From: a virus
DNA: 64,000 bases
Reading direction: 5' to 3' (one strand)
IMG/VR virus record: IMGVR_UViG_3300010163_003545
Location: 5,287-69,286 of that record
A program made the position numbers and the translations under genes. The notes under the pieces were generated by a model. It did no database searches and was not told the DNA's origin. It saw only the letters and a program-made list of their open reading frames with translations. How positions within the stretch are numbered: the stretch's first letter is position 1; each line of letters starts with the position of its first letter. Below, one piece after another: positions 19,874 to 28,360 of this stretch.

Positions 19874-20953
19874 TACTATTATATCGCGTTTTCAAAGAAT
19901 TTGCAATACTTTAATTGCATTTTACTTATGGGCGATTTTTATTCCGTTTTTCGCCGCTTATAGACTAAAAATAGTCTGAGAATGCGTCTATTGCTAACCT
20001 ACCCCAGAGTATGGGTGTCAAGCAGGAGAGCCATCAGAGACGCTTATAGCGCGAACCAGGGGCATTTGCTGCATGCGATGCGAGATAGCATCCATCCTTT
20101 GAGCTGGTTGAGCGTTGGTAGGTGTAATTAGATCTTCTCTTACATACCCATATAGCTACATTCTTGTAGCCGTGGTTGAACGAATGCATAGATTTCATAC
20201 ATATCCAGAGATAAAGTCTCATTTTCTTTTCTAATCTAGTATAAAAATAGACCCCATACCCATTACCCCTAATCACTCTAAGGGTACGTAGTAAAGGGTT
20301 CAAAAAGCAGAGTTTATCTCTCAAAATTTGAACAAAAAAGATTGGGTATAAGAACGGGCATTTGTAAGCGCATGGTGAGTAATATGAGGGCATGGGGCTG
20401 AACAACTGAGAGCAGTAGCGAAAACCGGGCAATGTCTAAAAGCAAAATTACGGGGTGGGATCAAATTTTCAAAAAACGAAGTATCCAGAAAGCATTGATA
20501 AATAAGGGTTAGAGAGATCGTATAGCACGTTGGTGAGCTTGCTTGAATTGAGAAAATTGCAGGATGCGCGGGTAGCAAAAAGAGATGGTTCGATTTTTTT
20601 CTTGTAAATCAACGGGTTGAGGGCATTGCGTAAAGCGGAGAGACAGAAAAAGAGGCGGAAAAAATATGGTTTGAGGGGAGTCAAACCCTTGTGGGACAAG
20701 CGATTCCCGAAAAAATTTTACCGAAAAAAAGAGAGGTTCGGGAGGGTTTTAAGGTGGTATGAGTAGATTTTTTTACAAACTCCCACAACTTGGTAACATT
20801 TAACAGATAGCCCGACAATGAGAAGCACCCCCCGGTGTTATGGCGCGCAAACCCTTGTAAAGCGGGGATTTTACAGGGGTTTTGAACGGGCTCGATCTGG
20901 ACATTGACAGGGCCATGGCTGGCTATCATCGATTATTTGCCGGCCTTTCTGTA

Positions 20954-21030
20954 TGCCAAGTAAACTTGGCAAATATGTGCCAAGCAGGTTTGGCGGATCG
21001 GGTTTTGACACCTTGCCAAGTTTACTTGTC
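20954..21030. promoter_or_regulatory. array of three operator-like palindromes (TGCCAAGT-AA-ACTTGGCA; GCCAAgcaggtTTGGC; GCCAAGT-TT-ACTTGtC)
   Basis: A perfect 8-2-8 inverted repeat at 20954..20971. Two related copies lie within 80 bp. Confidence 0.45.
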
Positions 21031-21092
21031 GCTTTAGCGCTTTACCACACTAACAGGCTAACACGATAATATACTAAAGTGTCCCCGCAAAT

Positions 21093-21312
21093 CATATCTC
21101 CTTCTATCCCCTTCTATTCCCTTCTGTTTTCCCTACTGTCTCCCCTCTTGCTCCATCACCCAGCAGGCCCAGCCATTCCCTAGGGATGCCCCTATCCCCT
21201 GTGCACCTGCACGCCCTGGTTTCCTTCTGTCTGCTGTCCTATCTGTTTCCCTTTCCTGCCCTTTCTCCTGCCTTCTTTCCCCTCTTGTTACCCTCTTTAT
21301 GCCTTCTATTCA
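21093..21312. repeat. ~220-bp strand-biased polypyrimidine (CT-rich) tract, followed by an AT-rich block with ATATATAGTAT repeated twice
   Basis: The plus strand is about 85% C+T over 21093..21312. ATATATAGTAT occurs at 21321 and 21361. No ORF of 60 aa or more on either strand. Confidence 0.5.
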
Positions 21313-21487
21313 TGCACAATATATAGTATATACATACCATATAAGTACCATAATTCCACTATATATAGTATGCCGCAAATGGCCCTATAAGGCCCTTCTA
21401 GGCCCTTTTCCCTTCTGCCCTTATATAAAGTCATGTTGCCCAGTTATGCACTTTTTGCATTTTTACGCGGTATGGTTGCATACCACA

Positions 21488-21739
21488 TTATGCATTTCCT
21501 GATTTTTTCCCATCATTTTTGGGCGGTTTTATTAACTCCTCCCATCCGTTTTTGTTCATATCGTCGATTATAAGTTTTCTTATAAATTCGCTAAACCCTT
21601 GTCCTATGTAGTCGCAATATCTGCCGATTATTTCATTATCTTCCGTTGAAAAAGCAACTTTTCGTTGTACTGTCTTATTTTTTATAAAATCTCGCATATA
21701 TTCTTTACGGTCTGTTTTTGTTCCGTTTTCTACATGCAT
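21488..21739 (-). CDS. ribbon-helix-helix (CopG/MobC-like) DNA-binding protein
   Basis: 83 aa. KVAFSTEDNEIIGRYCDYIGQGFSEFIRKLI matches the RHH beta-strand plus helix pattern. A GGAGG RBS precedes the ATG at 21739. Confidence 0.5.
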   Translation of the reverse strand: MHVENGTKTDRKEYMRDFIKNKTVQRKVAFSTEDNEIIGRYCDYIGQGFSEFIRKLIIDDMNKNGWEELIKPPKNDGKKSGNA

Positions 21740-21764
21740 ATTTTATTTACCTCCAAGCATGTCT

Positions 21765-21780
21765 GTTATGGCCATAACAA
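21765..21780. promoter_or_regulatory. perfect 16-bp palindrome TGTTATGGCCATAACA in a divergent intergenic region
   Basis: Lies between the RHH gene (leftward) and the 21944 gene (rightward). An ATGTACAT palindrome follows at about 21797. Confidence 0.4.
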
Positions 21781-21943
21781 TAGCCAAATTTGATATGTAC
21801 ATAACACTTGTTTTTTGCTAAAATAAGCCATACCCCTTAGAGAGGGGGCGGGCGGCAGGCGGTGCCTAGCGGGCCCACCTCAAAGGATACCACACCGACC
21901 CCCAAACGGTCAACCCAAACAGATTTGAAAGGAAGGTACCACC

Positions 21944-22624
21944 ATGGCAAAGATCACCAACACCCAGAACACCCAGAAGGCCCCCGCGACTGTTTCCCCC
22001 GCTGCCCAGGTTGCCCCCGTCAACACCCTCGCCCAGGATCCGGCCCAGATTGCCCCCGCCACGTTTACCCGTGTAACCCTCTCCGCCGCGAACAAAGAGC
22101 GGCACAAGCTCCGCGCCGTTCAGGCCCTAAAAACTCCTGACCTCCGCCACGTCTCCGCCGCCTATTCCACCCAAGTTTCCATTCTCAAAGCCCCTACCGA
22201 CACCCCCGCCGATATTGACGGAGAAGCCGCGCACACCTTCGCCCCCGTTGATTCCTTCGCCGTGTTGCCCCTGTCCTACTTCTGCCGCTCCATTTCCGGC
22301 TTTGATGCAGCTATTGACACCCTGCGCGCCGCCTTTGACAAGGACGGTACTAGCAACCGGCAGGCCGTGGCCGCCTTCCTTCGTCTGTTTGAACGGTTCA
22401 ACGCCGGGGATGTACCCCCGTTCGCGGAGATCGCGGGCCGAACCCTTTTCCGTGGGTACAAGCGCATGACGGCGGGTAGGGATAGCGCTACCAGCAAGAT
22501 CAAAGTACGCGACACCTTGCGGCAGGAGCTTGCAAAGGCCCTGTATTTTGCCCACGTGGGGCAGGTGGAAGAACCCGCTACCCCTGACAACAAGGTCACC
22601 AACAAGGCCGCCGCCAACAAGTAA
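21944..22624 (+). CDS. hypothetical Ala/Pro-rich protein (GC-rich island)
   Basis: 226 aa. RBS GAAAGGAAGG 8 nt upstream. The local GC content is clearly higher than in the flanks. Confidence 0.45.
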   Translation: MAKITNTQNTQKAPATVSPAAQVAPVNTLAQDPAQIAPATFTRVTLSAANKERHKLRAVQALKTPDLRHVSAAYSTQVSILKAPTDTPADIDGEAAHTFAPVDSFAVLPLSYFCRSISGFDAAIDTLRAAFDKDGTSNRQAVAAFLRLFERFNAGDVPPFAEIAGRTLFRGYKRMTAGRDSATSKIKVRDTLRQELAKALYFAHVGQVEEPATPDNKVTNKAAANK

Positions 22625-22664
22625 CCGACCAAACGACGCCCCGCAAGGGGAGAAAGGAACACAC

Positions 22665-22985
22665 ATGGCGCACTTGCGCAAAGCCGCCGCCATTATCGCG
22701 GCCCTGTACCTGCTTGTTTCCCTGGTGCTTTCTTGTTGTATTTCTTGTGGCCTTGCTCGCTGGTCTATCATTGCCCATCGTGCGCCGTTTCTCCTCTTCG
22801 ACTTCTCTTTTACTATGGCCGAATCCGTCAACGGCGGCACTACTGGTACAGACCAACACGGCGAATACATAGCGTTCCCGCCTGTTGTGCGGCCTGGTGA
22901 TTGCATCATAACCGTGTTTGCCTGGAATCCCTTGACAACCTGGTGTGATGACACCATTGCACGTTGGGACTTCGTTATCATGTAA
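22665..22985 (+). CDS. small membrane protein
   Basis: Internal ATG with a GGAGAAAGGAA RBS. Hydrophobic helix AAIIAALYLLVSLVLSCCISCGLA. Confidence 0.4.
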   Translation: MAHLRKAAAIIAALYLLVSLVLSCCISCGLARWSIIAHRAPFLLFDFSFTMAESVNGGTTGTDQHGEYIAFPPVVRPGDCIITVFAWNPLTTWCDDTIARWDFVIM

Positions 22986-23804
22986 CCCCTAGCCCTTGCC
23001 CCATTTGGGGCAGGTACAAGCCCATTCCCCCTATGTTGTGGGCTTGTACCTGCGTCAAACGCAGGGCGAACAAGCCGCGATAGCAGCCGCCGCGCATGGC
23101 GCTATCCTCCGCGTTTGTAACGCTGCACCTTGACAATTGACGCCTTCTTTCCTCCGTTTACGTGTTGGGTAAACTGTGCATTTGGTGCTGTGCATCATCG
23201 GGTTAACCGTGCACGCCGTGCGTGCTGTGTATGGAGCGTAGACAGACGGGACACAGGACGGAAGGCGGCAAGGGTAGGGGCGCCGTAGGGCGTCGAACCC
23301 AGAACATAGCAGACAGCAAACACAACACGCCGCGCCGTGCCTTTGTGGCCGGTATAGGCGCACGCATTGATACATGGCCGCACTGTGTAGCCGCACGGCG
23401 TAACGCCATTGCAAAGTTAGCACCCCCTGGGCCGTCAATGGCTTGTTTGCTGTACGCAAAGCAACGTATAATGCCGGCTATGCTGTGCATCAGCGTTTTG
23501 CGGTTAATCCCCGCGCTGCCCCCTGCGCTGATTGCACTATTTACACGCTTTCGCCTGTATGCACCGGGAATAGGCGCCTAGAAGGCGCGCATTATACGCG
23601 GGTTATTCTTGTATAAGCCTAACGGCGGGCACGCGCTGCTGTGTTGGGTGTGTTTGCTATGCACTCAATCAAGGGCCGGGAATAACTGCGCATCGTCATG
23701 TAGCACCTTTATTCTATATCAAGGGGTTTTCGCCGGGCTTTTGGGAAAAGTCCGGCACCATATACCATATCATTCTACCCCCGTTTAACGGGGACAGCTT
23801 ACGC

Positions 23805-23833
23805 TTTACAACCCTGTTTCCTTTTGCTATACT
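23805..23833 (+). promoter_or_regulatory. sigma70-like promoter (TTTACA-N17-TATACT), preceded by the palindrome CCCCGTTTAACGGGG (23778..23792)
   Basis: Spacing is exactly 17 nt. Lies about 30 nt upstream of the DUF4160 gene start. Confidence 0.45.
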
Positions 23834-23865
23834 ACCCATGTACCCATAAAGGAGGAAACCGAATT

Positions 23866-24117
23866 ATGCCGGAAATTGCAAGGTTCTACGGTATAGTCAT
23901 CAAAATGTTTTTTAAGCCCAAAGAGCATGAGCCTAGCCACATCCATGCCCTTTACGGGGAATACATGGGTGAATTTAACATTCGCACAATGGAAATGATT
24001 CAAGGTGATCTGCCAGGTAAAGCGCAAGAGCTTGTAAAGGAATGGTTGTCGCTTTATCAAGGTGAATTGCAATCCATGTGGGATAAGCAGCAGGTTTCCA
24101 AGTTGCCGCCGCTCTAA
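23866..24117 (+). CDS. DUF4160-family protein
   Basis: MPEIARFYGIVIKMFFKPKEHEPSHIHALYGEYMGEFNI matches the DUF4160 N-terminal consensus (…HIH…). RBS AAAGGAGGAA. Confidence 0.55.
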   Translation: MPEIARFYGIVIKMFFKPKEHEPSHIHALYGEYMGEFNIRTMEMIQGDLPGKAQELVKEWLSLYQGELQSMWDKQQVSKLPPL

Positions 24118-24131
24118 AAGGAGGGAGTGGA

Positions 24132-24380
24132 ATGATCCAACGGATTCGTAGTATTCAACCCTTGCCTGACTTTATACTGTCCGTCACCTTTGATGACAAC
24201 CGGCGAGTATTGTATGATGTCAAAGAGGATATGAATTTGCCCGGGTATAGCGTTCTACGTGATATCCATGGACTATTCCAGCAGGCGCAGGTAGACAAGA
24301 GCCGGACTTGCGTTTATTGGAATGAAGATGTTGATCTTCCAAGTGATATCCTCTATGAATATGGTCAAATTCAGGAATAG
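24132..24380 (+). CDS. DUF2442-family protein
   Basis: LSVTFDDNRRVLYDV…TCVYWNEDVDLPSDILY fits the DUF2442 pattern. Forms the canonical DUF4160–DUF2442 pair. Confidence 0.55.
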   Translation: MIQRIRSIQPLPDFILSVTFDDNRRVLYDVKEDMNLPGYSVLRDIHGLFQQAQVDKSRTCVYWNEDVDLPSDILYEYGQIQE

Positions 24381-24558
24381 TGCTATTGTGGTGAGGGACA
24401 ATTTATGACGGATAGAGAAAATCTGCATCACTATACCTCTTGCAATCTCCAGGAATGGATTCCCGGATTAAAGAAGCGCATGAAACACCAATAGAGATGA
24501 GTGATGATTTTGAGTGGACTCACTATGAATGACCCATAACTCCACAACTCCCCCTAAA

Positions 24559-24597
24559 GGCGTGCTTCGCGGCACGTCTTTTCTTATACCCAAAATT
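24559..24597 (+). terminator. rho-independent terminator followed by the conserved motif TTCTTATACCCAAAATT
   Basis: GGCGTGC-ttcgc-GGCACGTC hairpin followed by TTTTCTTATACCCAAAATT. Confidence 0.5.
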
Positions 24598-24641
24598 CAC
24601 CCAAAAATGACCAAAACGGATTTGAAAAGGAGGCCCATTCC

Positions 24642-25175
24642 ATGGAAATGCCCAAAACCCGCGATGAACAACTCCGTGCTATTCTTAACGCTTTCGCCTG
24701 GACACGGACTGACAAAGACTCCCCTGACAGCATGTACATCTATAATGCCGTGATGGAATCCATCTGCAAGCACACCAAGCGCTTTCAGACGGATTTTCTT
24801 TACGATGTACTGAACATCACTGCCCGTGTTGAGCAGATGAGATCTAACGAAGAGCTTGGGCCTATCTCCGTGATTGCTGTGCGCGAAACGGGCGTGGATG
24901 GGCTCAACTTCTTGTATAGCCGGTTGGATGAATTTACTTCTCCCGCACAGGTCAAGGGGCGTTATTTTGATATCTTTCTTCTCGGATTGGAACTTGATGA
25001 AATCTATGAAAAACCAAGAATCGTCTTGTATCGCGCGAATATGGATTCCTTCCGTGGAATCGGAGCCCATAGGGTTGATGAAAAGGAAAAACAAGATAAA
25101 GCGCAATCTGGAGATGAATCGAGACAAGCCATCCTACGTGCATTCTTCTCTGCGCTCGATATGCATCATATGTAA
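24642..25175 (+). CDS. hypothetical protein
   Basis: 177 aa. RBS AAAAGGAGG. Confidence 0.5.
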   Translation: MEMPKTRDEQLRAILNAFAWTRTDKDSPDSMYIYNAVMESICKHTKRFQTDFLYDVLNITARVEQMRSNEELGPISVIAVRETGVDGLNFLYSRLDEFTSPAQVKGRYFDIFLLGLELDEIYEKPRIVLYRANMDSFRGIGAHRVDEKEKQDKAQSGDESRQAILRAFFSALDMHHM

Positions 25176-25191
25176 CAGGAGGCCTGGAAGC

Positions 25192-25425
25192 ATGAAAATC
25201 CTCAAGAACGCGATCCAATGCAAGCACTGCGGTGAAATCATCGAGTCTCTTTACCCCAATGATTTTGTCGTATGCTCGTGTCAATCTGTCGCCGCCTATG
25301 GTGGATTGTCTTCCCTCAAGCGTGTTTTCACCACGTCACCGGAAAATGATTATGTGGATGTAAGCATTGTTGACACCGCTAACACCAATGGAATCAAAGC
25401 ACAAAGGGGGAAAAATCCATGTTAA
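25192..25425 (+). CDS. small zinc-binding protein
   Basis: CKHCGE…CSC pattern. RBS GGAGG. Confidence 0.4.
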   Translation: MKILKNAIQCKHCGEIIESLYPNDFVVCSCQSVAAYGGLSSLKRVFTTSPENDYVDVSIVDTANTNGIKAQRGKNPC

Positions 25426-25817
25426 AGAGCACATCTAAACCCGTGAAGGATGTCGTCCGCCGTTATATCCTGGATCACATCAACCCAGATGGCTATGGAA
25501 TTGAAAGCTTTGCTACGCCCGAGGAGGCCGTTTTGTGGTGCTATGAAATCTTCAAGTGCGAAAAGTCCGATGAAATCCGCTTGGACGGTGAGCGCAAAGC
25601 GTTCAAATCGTGGCTCCGTGGCCTTGCGTCTGCTCTGAATTTGCCGTTCCTGTATAAGGTATTGGCTCACGATCTCGTGCAAGCATGGCTTCAACAGACG
25701 GAAGAAGAAGCTCAGGGCTATGATGAAGAGGAATCCGAATGGTATGCTATCGAGCTCATTACTCATCAATTCTTCCTCATGGTCAAACTCGCCCAGGATG
25801 GAAAGAAGGTGATCTGA
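25419..25817 (+). CDS. hypothetical protein
   Basis: 132-aa ORF in a tight operon. Confidence 0.45.
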   Translation: MLKSTSKPVKDVVRRYILDHINPDGYGIESFATPEEAVLWCYEIFKCEKSDEIRLDGERKAFKSWLRGLASALNLPFLYKVLAHDLVQAWLQQTEEEAQGYDEEESEWYAIELITHQFFLMVKLAQDGKKVI

Positions 25818-25818
25818 A

Positions 25819-26094
25819 ATGAAGCACTATCTCGTTCTTTCACATGATGAAATCTGTACCATGCTCCCCTATGCTGTTATCTGTGTTACCCGAGAAGGTG
25901 CCTATTGGAACACTGCAACTCGCAAGCGGCGTTGGCTGCATGAGTTTACCCCACAGGAACGGGAAGCAGCTTCCAGCATTTTTCGTCGCGCCCATAATTG
26001 GTATCTGGTCAGTGGAGTTCCGGATGATGTCAAAATGACCGTGGAAACGCTTTGTCTGTGGCGAAAACTCGCTGACTTCTGTGCTTCGCTGTAA
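25819..26094 (+). CDS. hypothetical protein
   Basis: 91-aa ORF. Confidence 0.45.
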   Translation: MKHYLVLSHDEICTMLPYAVICVTREGAYWNTATRKRRWLHEFTPQEREAASSIFRRAHNWYLVSGVPDDVKMTVETLCLWRKLADFCASL

Positions 26095-26107
26095 AGGAGG
26101 AATTCAC

Positions 26108-26341
26108 GTGAAACCAACTCTTACAAGCTTTGAGGCCATGAGCAAGCTCCCTGTGCTTGCTTTGGCAGAAGGTAATCTTACCGTGAATGGTGAAAAGCGT
26201 CATGCAGAGCGTCTGATCTTGGATTCTCTTAGCGAGGAACAGCTCCGATGGCTGAATGGATTCGTGAATGTTAAGATCAGCGAATGTGCCTATCGTTACG
26301 CGCCTGAAATCACACATCCAGTTGTTTATCTTATTGGTTGA
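26108..26341 (+). CDS. hypothetical protein (GTG start)
   Basis: AAGGAGG RBS 8 nt before the GTG at 26108. Confidence 0.35.
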   Translation: MKPTLTSFEAMSKLPVLALAEGNLTVNGEKRHAERLILDSLSEEQLRWLNGFVNVKISECAYRYAPEITHPVVYLIG

Positions 26342-26343
26342 GT

Positions 26344-26394
26344 ACACCTGCTTCCCCGTTCAACGCGGCAGGTGTATTTTTTATACCCAAAATT
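26344..26394 (+). terminator. terminator plus conserved TTATACCCAAAATT motif
   Basis: ACACCTGC…GCAGGTGT hairpin followed by ATTTTTTATACCCAAAATT. Confidence 0.5.
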
Positions 26395-26440
26395 AGCGTC
26401 AAGACGAAAACGTATAAAGAATATAAAGGCGGTTTTTCAT

Positions 26441-27157
26441 ATGGCAACTCTCAAACGTACTTTCTCCTTCGGCAAGGTGGATTACCTTCGTCATGGCTGC
26501 AAAAATTGCGCCGTTGAGGTCACAATGGAATACAGAGATAAAGGCAATGGGAAAAAGACGCTCAGCATTTGCGGAGACATTTGGAATACCCGTCATACGG
26601 ATATCTATTGTGGTGGGCAATGCCTCGACACCATTGCCGAATACGTCCACTCCCCTCTGTTCAAAAAAGTGTATCGTCTGTGGAAACTGTATCATCTTAA
26701 TGATATGCATGCAGAATGTGTACATCAGCATGAATTGGGCTGGCATGAGCTTGCCAAAAAAGAAGTGCCTCTATATATCTTTACGCTCACTTCCGACGCA
26801 ATCAGGCAACGCAATGAGCTTAAGCAGAGGGCAATGGAGCTTCTGAAATCCACCGGCAGCGCATCGATCGCTCCGGAAGAGCGTAAATGCTTGAGCCTTG
26901 AATATCAGATCGAATCTCCCGTAGACTCTCTCCCTCCTAATTTTGCTTCCTTCTATGAATTGAAAGAAGTCAAACACGAAAAACTGGGCTGGTTGAATCC
27001 TGATAAACATCCAGATGGCTTACTGGGAAAGCCTTGCCCTGTTTGTGGGTATAAGTATGGAAGCGCGTGGAATCACTTTCCTATCCCCGAGGAGGATGAA
27101 AAGTTCATCTATGAATTGCTTGGTGCCAGCGATGCACAGGAAAAGGAGGGTTTTTAA
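26441..27157 (+). CDS. hypothetical Cys/His-rich protein
   Basis: HGCKNC…CGGQC…CPVCG motifs. 238 aa counted from the internal ATG. Confidence 0.45.
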   Translation: MATLKRTFSFGKVDYLRHGCKNCAVEVTMEYRDKGNGKKTLSICGDIWNTRHTDIYCGGQCLDTIAEYVHSPLFKKVYRLWKLYHLNDMHAECVHQHELGWHELAKKEVPLYIFTLTSDAIRQRNELKQRAMELLKSTGSASIAPEERKCLSLEYQIESPVDSLPPNFASFYELKEVKHEKLGWLNPDKHPDGLLGKPCPVCGYKYGSAWNHFPIPEEDEKFIYELLGASDAQEKEGF

Positions 27158-27468
27158 TGGCATGGAATATCACTGAACTCAATGGTTACGTTCCGTTCAC
27201 GACCTTCTGGCAAGACTTCTCCATTGCCGATGGATTCGGCGTGGATGCAGTCCGAGATACGTTTAATCGAGCTTTCAGCGAATGGAAGAAGGACTACAAG
27301 TACCTAACCGAACTCGTGTTGGTTCTCAACCATAAAATCTGGCAGCATTGCGCATATCGCCACGCACTTGCCGAGGTGTATACCGAATTGTATGCCATTG
27401 CAGACCGGTATGCTTGCGAGAATCTGCATGGCGAAGAGGCGGTTTATTTCTTCAAAACAACTGACTAA
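27157..27468 (+). CDS. hypothetical protein
   Basis: 103-aa ORF. Its start overlaps the previous stop. Confidence 0.45.
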   Translation: MAWNITELNGYVPFTTFWQDFSIADGFGVDAVRDTFNRAFSEWKKDYKYLTELVLVLNHKIWQHCAYRHALAEVYTELYAIADRYACENLHGEEAVYFFKTTD

Positions 27469-27504
27469 CGCTTTCTAGCCCGATTTACGAAAGGAGACTG
27501 TGTT

Positions 27505-27993
27505 ATGGGGCGCGGAAACGTGCGTACTTGTGGCGAGTATGAGGGTTTGTATTATGTGGACTGGGATAACTTCCTAGTCCATTTTTATGACGAGGAAAAC
27601 GATCGTGAGACAGATGAGATCGACTATGAGGCAATGCAGAATGTAATGGAGAACGATTTGGTTTACACCTTCCCCACTAGCTTTATGAAGCGTTTCCCGT
27701 CCTTCTCCCGCTGTGACAAGTGGATTGGCCGTGGTGAGCGCCGCGCCATTATGGAAAGCTCGCTGTTTTACGTCTGCCTTCAGGATAATGAGTGGTCTGT
27801 AGCAGTTGAGCTGATTCAAAAAGAAACCTACGATGATCGCTGGCCTGCGCTTCAAAGGCGACATTACAAAACCTTCCTCAATGGCATGCGTGATTGCCTG
27901 TTTGAGCTATTTCCTGAACTTGGTGTATATGGCGGTGCATGGACGAGTGGAATCATCCGCCGTGAAAATTATGAAAAGAAGGAGGCTATCTGA
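27505..27993 (+). CDS. hypothetical protein
   Basis: 162 aa. RBS AAAGGAGA. Confidence 0.45.
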   Translation: MGRGNVRTCGEYEGLYYVDWDNFLVHFYDEENDRETDEIDYEAMQNVMENDLVYTFPTSFMKRFPSFSRCDKWIGRGERRAIMESSLFYVCLQDNEWSVAVELIQKETYDDRWPALQRRHYKTFLNGMRDCLFELFPELGVYGGAWTSGIIRRENYEKKEAI

Positions 27994-28325
27994 TGGATTC
28001 TGTTCCTACCCCTAAGCGCCCGAGCACTCGTGCGAAAAAGTATGTATATGTCCTGGATCGCAACGGACGCGTCTTGAATTACCGCTGGTTCTCTTATGCA
28101 GATGAGTTCTTGATTTCCCCGTATGTCGGGTGGGCTAAGAGAGCGTATCCCTCCTGGGAGACCGTGTACGCTATCTTTCCCACGCCAACTGTGACCTCTT
28201 GTTTTTGGATCTCCCATGGTTCTAGATTCTTCGCGGATTGGTTGCCCTTTAAGCGCTGCCTTGAGGAGAATGGTACTGTGCTGGCTCAGCGTCGTTATGA
28301 CGAGGAATCTTTGAGTCGTGAATAG
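27993..28325 (+). CDS. hypothetical protein
   Basis: 110-aa ORF. Confidence 0.45.
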   Translation: MDSVPTPKRPSTRAKKYVYVLDRNGRVLNYRWFSYADEFLISPYVGWAKRAYPSWETVYAIFPTPTVTSCFWISHGSRFFADWLPFKRCLEENGTVLAQRRYDEESLSRE

Positions 28326-28360
28326 TTATGGAATGTTTGATGAAAGGAAGGAACGAGAAA

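Noticed and set aside
20034-20929. Small minus-strand ORFs (61-132 aa) in the central non-coding region
   Set aside because: No RBS. Translations are hydrophobic or low-complexity. The region shows regulatory-type repeats rather than coding periodicity.
22127-22981. 284-aa minus-strand ORF in the GC-rich island
   Set aside because: Gly/Arg-rich translation typical of a spurious ORF in GC-rich DNA. Overlaps two plus-strand genes that have proper RBSs.
23055-23581. Several overlapping 95-134-aa ORFs on both strands at 23055..23581
   Set aside because: Arg/Ala/Cys-rich, mutually overlapping, no RBS. Treated as non-coding GC-rich sequence and reported as a finding instead.
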